A DNA stretch of 64,000 nt, taken from an uncultured Planctomycetota bacterium (lineage in GTDB: Bacteria > Planctomycetota > SKW154 > DAOVDS01). The stretch lies in the NCBI GenBank assembly GCA_964641955.1, contig CAZXNM010000018.1:25620-89619 (forward strand), in the 5' to 3' direction. How positions within the stretch are numbered: position 1 is the stretch's first letter; every line of letters starts with the position of its first letter. A model generated the notes under the pieces. That model ran no database searches and had not been told where the DNA came from. It saw nothing but the letters and a program-made list of their open reading frames with translations. The position numbers were made by a program, and so were the translations under genes. Positions 27,510 through 37,457 of the stretch are shown here, piece by piece.

Positions 27510-29342
27510 CTGGAAAATACCGTACAGGTACAGATACTGTGCATCGGGCTGCTGGTGCTGGGCTCGTACTTCATGGGTAAACTCACCAGGCACCTGAAGA
27601 TAGGCGAGACGACCGGCCAGATGATAGGCGGGCTCCTGGTCGGCCCGTACTTCCTTATCCTGACCGGAATCCTGCCCGCCGGACGCGAGTTCTCGACTGA
27701 TTACAAGCAGGCGTTCAATACGTTCCACTTCTTCACGTTTGCATTTCTCGGACTCGTCGCGTTCGGCATCGGCGAGGAGCTGCACGTTGACCGGCTCAAG
27801 GCCGTCGGCATGAAGGCGGTTGTAATCTGCGTCATCCAGGGCGCCCTGACCTTCGTGTTGACCACGGTGGTCTTCCTGTACGTGCTCGATTACGACCTGC
27901 TCTACGCCCTGCTTATCGGGTCCATAGGAATTGCCACCGCTCCCGCGACCACGTTCGCGATAATGAACAAGATAGCACTCGAAGGCAAGCTGCGCGACAT
28001 GCTCGCCAACATTGTCGTTCTCGCTGACATTATCGAGGTTATAGTATTTTCAATTATCATGCAGCTTGCCTGGATGAAACATCGGGGCATAGCATCACAG
28101 AACGCAGGCGCCGCACTCCTGCCTGCCTTCACGGATATAGGGCTGGCAGTGTGTATAGGAGTTGCGATATTCGTGGCGCTCAAGCTGATTATTCGCGAAA
28201 GGGGGAAAGTTGGCGCCAGCACGTCGCGCCCGCTGAAGTATACAGGATTCGACTTCCTGTCCAGCATATTCCAGGAAACTCCGACTCCTTCCATCGAGGT
28301 GCTTCTTGTCATACTCGGTTTCGTCGCCGTCGGCGTTGGCATAGGGATGTCATTGCACCTGCCTTTCCTGATAATCACCGTCGTGGCGGGATTCTGCATC
28401 GCCAATTTCCACAGTCCCGTCCTGTTCGACTCGCTCAAAATCGCCAACGTGATGCCCATGTTCCACCTGCTGTTCTTCGCGATAATCGGGGCTAACATAC
28501 GGCTCGACACATTCCGCGGTGAGACCATCACCTTCGTGCTGGCCTACATTGCCACGAGGGGCATTGGCAAAATTTTCGGTACGTGGCTCGGCGCCGTTCT
28601 TACGGGGCAGGGCGCCAAGCTGCGCCGCGTCCTGCCGCTTCTGATGATGCCGCAGGCGGGAGTCGCAGCCGTCGAGGCCTATTTCGTGGGAGTCATGCTT
28701 GGTGAGAGAGGAGACCTGATAGTCCAGGTGATACTCCCCGCGCTGGTTGTCTTCGAAATGTCGGGAGTGATTATTTCCGAGCGCGTGCTGACCAAATGGA
28801 AGAGTTGGACTGTCGGCGAGGAGCAGGCTATCAGGCGTCCGGAAAAGACATCACGCATCGAGCGGCTGAAGGGCGGCGCCCTGCTTGCGAAGGTACTTTG
28901 CGATGAGACTATCAAGATACCTCTTTTCGCGTCCGACAGGGCAGGCGCCGTGGCCGAACTCGCCGGACTGCTCGAGAAGGCGGGGAAGATACCCCCCGGC
29001 ACGCCGCTCGTCGAGGAGGTCATGGAGCGCGAAAGGCTCGCGCCCACGGGGCTTGGAAGCGGCGTGGCCCTGCCTCATGGCAGGAGCCCCGAGATAACAT
29101 CGCCGGTCTGCGCCCTCGGCATCAAGCACCACGGCGAGGGCATAGACTTCGGCAGTCCTGACGGCGCGCCCGCCGATATAATCTTCCTGATTGTCTCGCC
29201 GGAGGCTTCTTCGGGCGAGCACCTGCAGATGCTCGCGGCAATAGCGCTTATCGCCAGGCGGGAGGAAAACCGGGAAGCGCTCAGGCACGCGCACGATGCG
29301 CACGACGTTCTCGGCATTCTGAGAAAGGCGACTCCCGCGTAA
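27510..29342 (+). CDS. Cation:proton antiporter (CPA2/Na+-H+ exchanger family) fused to a C-terminal PTS EIIA domain
   Basis: About 12 TM helices with IATAPA and PQAGVA. C-terminal ERERLAPTGLGSGVALPHGR and HLQMLA. Start probably CTG 27510 (SD GAGGGG, in-frame TGA at 27498); the track start is GTG 27555. Confidence 0.88.
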   Translation: MENTVQVQILCIGLLVLGSYFMGKLTRHLKIGETTGQMIGGLLVGPYFLILTGILPAGREFSTDYKQAFNTFHFFTFAFLGLVAFGIGEELHVDRLKAVGMKAVVICVIQGALTFVLTTVVFLYVLDYDLLYALLIGSIGIATAPATTFAIMNKIALEGKLRDMLANIVVLADIIEVIVFSIIMQLAWMKHRGIASQNAGAALLPAFTDIGLAVCIGVAIFVALKLIIRERGKVGASTSRPLKYTGFDFLSSIFQETPTPSIEVLLVILGFVAVGVGIGMSLHLPFLIITVVAGFCIANFHSPVLFDSLKIANVMPMFHLLFFAIIGANIRLDTFRGETITFVLAYIATRGIGKIFGTWLGAVLTGQGAKLRRVLPLLMMPQAGVAAVEAYFVGVMLGERGDLIVQVILPALVVFEMSGVIISERVLTKWKSWTVGEEQAIRRPEKTSRIERLKGGALLAKVLCDETIKIPLFASDRAGAVAELAGLLEKAGKIPPGTPLVEEVMERERLAPTGLGSGVALPHGRSPEITSPVCALGIKHHGEGIDFGSPDGAPADIIFLIVSPEASSGEHLQMLAAIALIARREENREALRHAHDAHDVLGILRKATPA

Positions 29343-29356
29343 CCGGCGGGTGTCGG

Positions 29357-31894
29357 CTACTTCTGGCGGGCCTTTTCCCACTCCTCCTGGACCCGGCGCG
29401 CTTCCTCCTCTTTGCCGAGCCGGTGAAGCGCCTCGAAGCGGCCCTGCGCCGCTGTGGGGTCGGCAGGATTTATCCGGCCGCTGCGCCCGAAAGAGGACAG
29501 GGCAAGTCCGGGCTCTCCCTGCTCGAGGTACAGGCTGCCGAGCGCGTTCCAGAGGATAGGGTTGCCCGGGTTAAGAGTCAGGGCCTTGCGGTAGTACTGG
29601 ACGGCCTCGGCGGTCAGCTTCTTCTGCGCGGCGCACCCGGCGAGCATGCTCCACGCGTCCCGCTCGGCCGGATTGATGCTCAGCGCCTCTTTCAGCATAA
29701 GGTACGCCCTGTCCCAGTCGCGCCGTTGTATCTGCTCGTGGGCGCTGTCCACAATCTTGGCTGCTCGGCGGATGTCGAGAGGGTCTTCCGGCTGAGGCAA
29801 CGGTCGCCCGGAACCCATTGGCATTGCCGAGAGCATCTCCAGCTTTCTCTCATAACGCGAATACGATTCGTCTTCGATGCGCGATTCAAGTCCTGCCAGC
29901 AGCGCACGCGCCCTGGTGAGGCTCCCGTGATACAGTTCGTAAAGCATGGAAGTCAGCACAGTCTCGGGCTTGTCCACGCCCATGCCCGCGAGCTTGAGCA
30001 CGTTCGCCGGAGCAAGGTCCGCCGGGCGTATGCGCCACGTCTTATTTTCGCCGAGCTTCAGGTAGTATCCGTCAGCTTCTGCAGAGACCGTGCCGCTTAT
30101 GGTCCTGCCATCCGCCAGCGTGAAGTCGGTCGTGCCCTCCCTGCCCGCCGCATCGCCCAGCGCCGCCTCGAAGTTTTCCATTACTTTCTGCAGGCTCGAA
30201 ATATCCTGCTTTTCCCACTGGAGAATCTGCTCCACGCCGGCCGGCAAGGAACTCGAAAGAAACTCCTCGTACAGCGCCATCGCACCGTCGTATTCGTGTT
30301 CGACAATCCGGCTCGCCGCGGTCGCCAGCATTGGACTGGCCGCCTGCCACGCTGCGCTGTAAGTCTTCTGGAGCGCCTGGGAACCGGCGTTGGCGAGTTC
30401 CCTGTCAAAATCCCGCCTCGCTTTGTCCCTGAGTTCCGGGGTGCTGTAGCTTAGTATCCCTGCCAGCACCGCCCGCGCCTGGTCGGTCTTTCCTTCCTGA
30501 ATCAGCGTTCCCGCTTCGAGCATGTTCCTGTTGTAGTTGTCTCTAATCATGTCGAGCAGGTGCGCCTTTTCTTGCGCGGCTTCCTTGCTCTGCGGCGCAT
30601 CGGGATACTGGTTTGCGTATATCTCGTATGCCAGGACGGCATCATACAGCCGGTTCTCCCGGCCAAGCCTGGTCGCGTCCGCCGCGGCCGCCTTGTAGGC
30701 AATCCTTCTTTCCGCTTCCTTCGCCTTGCCGACCACGCTCGTGTCCGGGAAAAATCGGGAGATGCTCTTGTATTTTTCCAGCGTTACCACGAAGTCGTCA
30801 GCGTGCTCCGCCTCGTACGTTTTCGCATCTTTAAGCGCCGCCGCCGCCTGCTCTTCGATGGTCGGGGTTTTACGGCCGGTTCCTTCTCCCGGCCCGCCGC
30901 TCGGCAGGAGGAAGATGAAAATCGTCCCCGCGACAATCGCTGCAATAATCGCGTATACCAGCACCGGCTGCCACTCCCTGACCGTGCGCCTTGTCATGGC
31001 GGCCCGGGCTTCCTCCGTGGGGGCCGCACCCACGACGACCGGCGTGTACTTTGCCGCAAGCTTCTCCATCTCGGAAATCACTTCCAGCATGTCCGTCGGC
31101 CTGTCTCCCGGATACTTGGCGGTCATCCTCGCTATCAGGTCCGCCATGTCGTCCGGCACGCCTTTCATGTCCGACACGGGCAGCGGCTCGTTCATTATTC
31201 GAAGCACCGTCTCGTGCGGCGTCGCTCCCTTAAAGGGCATGGTGCCCGTCAGCGCCTCGAACGCCGTTATGCCCAGCGAGTAAATATCTGCCCGGTGGTC
31301 GATGTTGGTCGGCCCCTTCACCAGTTCCGGCGCCAGGTACACCGGCGTAACTTGCACCTTGGCCTTGATTTGCTTTGGCCGCAGGAGAAGCTTCTTGGCC
31401 AGCCCGACGTCCACGAGCTTCACCTCGCCCATGGGAGTCGTTCTTATGTTGCCGGGATTGACGCCGCCGTGGATTATGCCGTGCGAGTGAAGGTGTCTGA
31501 GCGCCTTGGCGATGGTAAGAATCAGCGACAGCACAACTTCCGGGTCGAGGCGACCCTGGCGTTCGATGCGCGAGGCGAGCGTGTCGCCGGGAACGAACTC
31601 GCTTGCCGTATAGAGCACGTTGTCAACCGTTCCCGCGGCGTAGAGCTTGGCGACGTGCCTGTGCTCGGTCTCGATTGCGGCCGAAGCCTGCTCCTCGAAC
31701 CACCTGACGTAAGCCTCGTCCTTAACAAGCTCGGGCTGCAATATCTTGAGGGCCACGCGCTTGACGGAAGTCGTGTCACGGGCGAGGTAGACCATCCCCA
31801 TTATTCCCGGGCCGAGCTTCTCGACCACCCTGTACCCGGCGAAAACATCGCCCGGCTTGAGTTCGCTGCGCTCTTCTTCCATGCCGCTATCCAT
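29357..31894 (-). CDS. Transmembrane Ser/Thr kinase-like protein (probable pseudokinase) with a TPR-rich extracytoplasmic region
   Basis: GPGIMG, VALK, HGGVNPGN, DVG, YLAPE and DIYSLG. One TM helix (VLVYAIIAAIVAGTIFIFLL) and C-terminal TPRs. Start at ATG 31894 or 31882. Confidence 0.88.
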   Translation of the reverse strand: MDSGMEEERSELKPGDVFAGYRVVEKLGPGIMGMVYLARDTTSVKRVALKILQPELVKDEAYVRWFEEQASAAIETEHRHVAKLYAAGTVDNVLYTASEFVPGDTLASRIERQGRLDPEVVLSLILTIAKALRHLHSHGIIHGGVNPGNIRTTPMGEVKLVDVGLAKKLLLRPKQIKAKVQVTPVYLAPELVKGPTNIDHRADIYSLGITAFEALTGTMPFKGATPHETVLRIMNEPLPVSDMKGVPDDMADLIARMTAKYPGDRPTDMLEVISEMEKLAAKYTPVVVGAAPTEEARAAMTRRTVREWQPVLVYAIIAAIVAGTIFIFLLPSGGPGEGTGRKTPTIEEQAAAALKDAKTYEAEHADDFVVTLEKYKSISRFFPDTSVVGKAKEAERRIAYKAAAADATRLGRENRLYDAVLAYEIYANQYPDAPQSKEAAQEKAHLLDMIRDNYNRNMLEAGTLIQEGKTDQARAVLAGILSYSTPELRDKARRDFDRELANAGSQALQKTYSAAWQAASPMLATAASRIVEHEYDGAMALYEEFLSSSLPAGVEQILQWEKQDISSLQKVMENFEAALGDAAGREGTTDFTLADGRTISGTVSAEADGYYLKLGENKTWRIRPADLAPANVLKLAGMGVDKPETVLTSMLYELYHGSLTRARALLAGLESRIEDESYSRYERKLEMLSAMPMGSGRPLPQPEDPLDIRRAAKIVDSAHEQIQRRDWDRAYLMLKEALSINPAERDAWSMLAGCAAQKKLTAEAVQYYRKALTLNPGNPILWNALGSLYLEQGEPGLALSSFGRSGRINPADPTAAQGRFEALHRLGKEEEARRVQEEWEKARQK

Positions 31895-31973
31895 GTTCAA
31901 AGTTGCACCAATATATACAAGCCTGCCCTTCCTGACAAGCGTTTTGTCCGAGGAAACCGCTTTGCTTTTCAAT

Positions 31974-32001
31974 TTGCACGCATTACTGACACCTGTATAA
32001 T
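31974..32001 (+). promoter_or_regulatory. Putative sigma70 promoter of pcrA
   Basis: TTGCAC-16 nt-TATAAT. Confidence 0.5.
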
Positions 32002-32022
32002 CGCCTCGCACGCAAGGGAGAC

Positions 32023-33951
<1,929 letters not shown>

Positions 33952-33954
33952 TTC

Positions 33955-34130
33955 TAACCGCAGAGCCGCTGAGCAGCGCAGAGGTACGCAGAGGAAGAAC
34001 TCTTGGATATGTTTGAAAACATAATCGGCGCTCCGGTCAAAAGGCGGTGTTAAAAGACTGGTTTTAGGTCTTGAAGAATAGTAAAAAAATCTCAGCGAAC
34101 CTCAGCGTATTCTCTGCGTCTCTGCGGTTA
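33955..34130. repeat. REP/MITE-like intergenic element with CGC(A/T)GAG unit arrays in inverted orientation
   Basis: Perfect 11-bp terminal inverted repeat TAACCGCAGAG...CTCTGCGGTTA. Each arm has four CGC(A/T)GAG units around an AT-rich core. Confidence 0.65.
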
Positions 34131-34145
34131 AGAGGAGGATAAGGC

Positions 34146-35057
34146 TTGGCTGACCTTTCAGTGAACATAGGACCTCTCAAGCTCAAGAATCCCATCATGC
34201 CCGCGTCCGGTACGTTCGGATGGGGCGAGGAGATGGAACCGTTCTGCGACATCTCGAAGCTCGGCGCGGTAGTCCCGAAAAGCGTTACGGTCGGCCCGCG
34301 CGAGGGCAACCCGCCGCCGCGCACCGCCGAGACGCCCTGCGGCATGGTCAATGCAATCGGCCTGCAGAATCCCGGCATCGATGCCTTCCTCAAGAAGCAC
34401 ATGCCGAAGCTGCGCTCTTACGGCGTCCCCGTAATCGTCTCGATAGCAGGCTTCGCGATAGACGAGTACAGACAGCTTGCGGAACTCCTCGACGGCGTCG
34501 AAGGCGTGTCCGCAATCGAGGTCAACATATCATGCCCCAACGTCGAGGGCGGCGGCGTCGAGTTCGGCACGAAAGCGGAATCAGTAACAGTCGTTATAGA
34601 GAAGGTCAAGGAAGCGACTAAGCTGCCAGTAATTCCCAAGCTCAGCCCGAACGTACAGAACATCGATGCAATCGCCCGCGCGGCCGAAGCGGCGGGTGCG
34701 GACGCTTTGACCGTGGCGAACACGCTCAAGGCGCTTGCCGTTGACTGGAAGACCCGCAGGCCGCTTCTTGGCAACGTGACGGGCGGGCTCTCCGGCCCGG
34801 CAATCAAGCCGCACGCGCTCTACCTCGTGTGCGAGGTCAGCAAGGCGGTGAAAATCCCCGTAATCGCAAGCGGCGGCGTGATGAGCGCCTCCGACGTGCT
34901 CGAATTCATCGTCTGCGGCGCGACTGCGGTGCAGGTCGGCACGGCTACATTCGTGGACCCCGCCACCTGCAGCCGCTTGCCAGACGAAATCGACAAGCTC
35001 CTCACTAAAAACGGAATTGACAAACTATCTGATTTGATAGGAACATTGCAGGGATGA
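34146..35057 (+). CDS. pyrD: Dihydroorotate dehydrogenase, family 1 catalytic subunit
   Basis: NPIMPASGTFG, NAIGLQNPG, EVNISCPNV, KLSPNV, GGLSGPAIKP and AVQVGTA. TTG start with SD GAGGAGG. Confidence 0.95.
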   Translation: MADLSVNIGPLKLKNPIMPASGTFGWGEEMEPFCDISKLGAVVPKSVTVGPREGNPPPRTAETPCGMVNAIGLQNPGIDAFLKKHMPKLRSYGVPVIVSIAGFAIDEYRQLAELLDGVEGVSAIEVNISCPNVEGGGVEFGTKAESVTVVIEKVKEATKLPVIPKLSPNVQNIDAIARAAEAAGADALTVANTLKALAVDWKTRRPLLGNVTGGLSGPAIKPHALYLVCEVSKAVKIPVIASGGVMSASDVLEFIVCGATAVQVGTATFVDPATCSRLPDEIDKLLTKNGIDKLSDLIGTLQG

Positions 35058-35079
35058 CTGCTTATCCCCGGAGGCCGGT

Positions 35080-36072
35080 ATGCGACAAACAGCCTTCGTA
35101 ATCCTGATTGTGCTTTTCATCTTCTCCTGTGCATCGCAGGACAGACTTCAGCCTGTTGAGCCGAAAGACCCCGACCCGTTGTTCCCCATTCAGGTTGATG
35201 GCAAATGGGGATTTATCAATAAAAACAGCGAGGTAGTTATCGAACCTCATTTTGAACACGCAAAGGATTTTATAAATGGAATGGCAAGAGTAAAAATAAA
35301 TGATCTCTTTGGCTGGATTGATGTATCAGGTAGATTTGTTATAGAACCACAATTCAAATGGGCTAGAGTTTTTTCAGAGAACTTATGCTTTGTTGGTAAT
35401 GGGGAATATTGGGGATGCATAGATAAATCAAGTCAAATAGTGATTGATTATATTTATGAGGATGCTTGGCCTTTCAACGAAGGATTAGCATCTGCTAAAG
35501 TTAATGGTAAATATGGTTATATAAACAAAAAAGGAGTTTTTGTTTTAAAGCCTGAATATGACTTTACAGGTAGATTTACAGAAGAACGCGGGACTGTCGA
35601 AGTCGATTATAAATGGGGTTATTCTGATAGAAATGGTGTTATTGTAATTCCTATAAAATTTGATTCGATCTTATGGTTCTCTGAAGGAATTGCGCCAGTC
35701 AAAACCGAAGGGAAGTATTTCTACATTAATAGATTCGGAAAAAAGATAATTGATTCTACTTATGAAGATGCTGATGCGTTTACTGAAGGTCTTGCTCCAG
35801 TGCAAATTAGTAGTAAGTGGGGTTTCATTGATAAAACAGGAAATTTTGTTATCAAACCGACATTTGAGGAAGCATATAGTTTCGTAGATGGGTATGCGAT
35901 AATCAAGATGAATGGAAAGTTGGGATATATAGACAAAAAAGGATCAATTGCAATAAAGCCTCAATTTGACTGCTGTTGGCCTTTCTCCAATGGCTTGGCT
36001 AAGGTAGAGATCGGCGAAAAATCAGGATATATCGATAAAAAAGGCGAGTATGTCTGGAAACCTACTAAATGA
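35080..36072 (+). CDS. WG-repeat (KWG) lipoprotein with an AT-rich core
   Basis: Lipobox-like IFS-C and repeated GKWGFIDKxG...F(S/T)EGLAxV units. Confidence 0.88.
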   Translation: MRQTAFVILIVLFIFSCASQDRLQPVEPKDPDPLFPIQVDGKWGFINKNSEVVIEPHFEHAKDFINGMARVKINDLFGWIDVSGRFVIEPQFKWARVFSENLCFVGNGEYWGCIDKSSQIVIDYIYEDAWPFNEGLASAKVNGKYGYINKKGVFVLKPEYDFTGRFTEERGTVEVDYKWGYSDRNGVIVIPIKFDSILWFSEGIAPVKTEGKYFYINRFGKKIIDSTYEDADAFTEGLAPVQISSKWGFIDKTGNFVIKPTFEEAYSFVDGYAIIKMNGKLGYIDKKGSIAIKPQFDCCWPFSNGLAKVEIGEKSGYIDKKGEYVWKPTK

Positions 36073-36103
36073 TGCGAAAATCAAAAAGGGAAGGGGGAAG
36101 AGA

Positions 36104-37159
36104 ATGAGAGGAACGGTTTTTCTGTTGTTTGTGATTGGCATTGCGGCTGCGGCTGTCTCGTGCAGCGCGGACGAGGCGGAGCAGAGGGCGGCCGAGGACA
36201 AGGCCGCGGATGAGAAGGGCGTCGGCCCGCTGTTTCCCGTGACGGTCGAGGGCAGGTACGGCTTTATCGACCAGAAGGGCAGGACCATAATCCAGCCGCA
36301 GTACGAGTGGGCTTCGGTCTTCCGGGGCGGGCTGGCTGCTGTGCAAATCGGCGGGAAGTACGGCTTTATCGACAAGACAGGCAAGGTCATCATAAACCCA
36401 GAGTTCGACAAGGCGGGCGACTTCTCGGAAGGCCTCGCAACCATCGAGAGGGATGACAAGTGGGGCTATATTGACAAGAACGGCAAAATAGCGGTCGAGC
36501 CGATTTACGCGTGGGCAATGGCGTTCTCGGAAGGGCTCGGGGCGGTGAATATCGGCGGCATCTGGGCGCAGAACGGCTTCGAGGGCGGCAAGTGGGGCTA
36601 CGTTGACCCGAAGGGCAAGATTGTCATAGACCCGCAGTACGACTTCGCGCTCGCGTTCTCGGAGGGCCTGGCAGCCGTGAGTTCGGACAGCAAGTGGGGC
36701 TACGTGGACAAGACGGGCGCCTTGAAAATAGAGTGCAAGCTCGACGGTCGGCCTGGCAGCTTCTCCGGTAATTTCGCTGTTTTCCAGACCGACGGGAAAT
36801 GGGGTTTCATAAACACGTCCGGCAACGTGGCAATCGAGGCGAAGTTCCAGCACGCAGACCGGTTCTCCGAAGAGCTTGCGCCCGTGAGGGCCGGGGACAA
36901 GTCCGGCTATATCGACACCGGTGGCAGCTTCGTCATCGAGCCGCAGGCTTACGGCTGGGCTGAGTGCTTTTCGGAAGGTCTTGCGCGCGTCTGGGTCGGG
37001 CAGAAGCACGGTTTCATAGACAAGACGGGCAAGCTTGTCATAGAAGCGCAGTACGACCGCGCGGACGACTTCCACAATGGCCTTGCGCTGGTCTGGGTCG
37101 GCGACAAGTACGGCTACATCAACAAAAAGGGCGAGTACGCCTGGCAGCCGACGAGGTAA
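36104..37159 (+). CDS. WG-repeat (KWG) lipoprotein, GC-rich paralog
   Basis: ATG 36104, lipobox-like AVS-C, and repeated KWGYIDKxG...FSEGLAxV units. Confidence 0.9.
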   Translation: MRGTVFLLFVIGIAAAAVSCSADEAEQRAAEDKAADEKGVGPLFPVTVEGRYGFIDQKGRTIIQPQYEWASVFRGGLAAVQIGGKYGFIDKTGKVIINPEFDKAGDFSEGLATIERDDKWGYIDKNGKIAVEPIYAWAMAFSEGLGAVNIGGIWAQNGFEGGKWGYVDPKGKIVIDPQYDFALAFSEGLAAVSSDSKWGYVDKTGALKIECKLDGRPGSFSGNFAVFQTDGKWGFINTSGNVAIEAKFQHADRFSEELAPVRAGDKSGYIDTGGSFVIEPQAYGWAECFSEGLARVWVGQKHGFIDKTGKLVIEAQYDRADDFHNGLALVWVGDKYGYINKKGEYAWQPTR

Positions 37160-37399
37160 ATTCATTCGATTTGACACAAGGCTATGCGCATCTGCATGTT
37201 ATGACGAGAAACGAATCCTGCGCTAACACAAGTGCAGGTTTGGTAACAGGTTAGGGCTGTCCACGCCGCCTTAGACCCACGCAGACGTTTCACAGGCCTT
37301 TGATTTTCTTGTAAATATTTGCCATAAGTCGTTGTCGCGTAAGAGACTCTTGTCACAAACAGACAGAGTGGCTTTCAAGCATCGGGACATCGTATCGGC

Positions 37400-37428
37400 T
37401 TGACATCGGCGCTGTTCGGTTGTCTAAT
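37400..37428 (+). promoter_or_regulatory. Putative sigma70 promoter of secA
   Basis: TTGACA-17 nt-TCTAAT. Confidence 0.55.
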
Positions 37429-37457
37429 AAGATGTAGAGGTTTGTGGAGGATAGAGC

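Noticed and set aside
34146-35057. pyrD without an adjacent pyrK as an anomaly
   Set aside because: pyrK is often encoded elsewhere, and this cannot be judged from one window.
37160-37400. Short shared intergenic strings (ATGTTATGACGA at about 1168 and about 37197; TAAGTC motifs) as a regulon
   Set aside because: The matches are too short and too few to separate from chance without genome-wide motif statistics.
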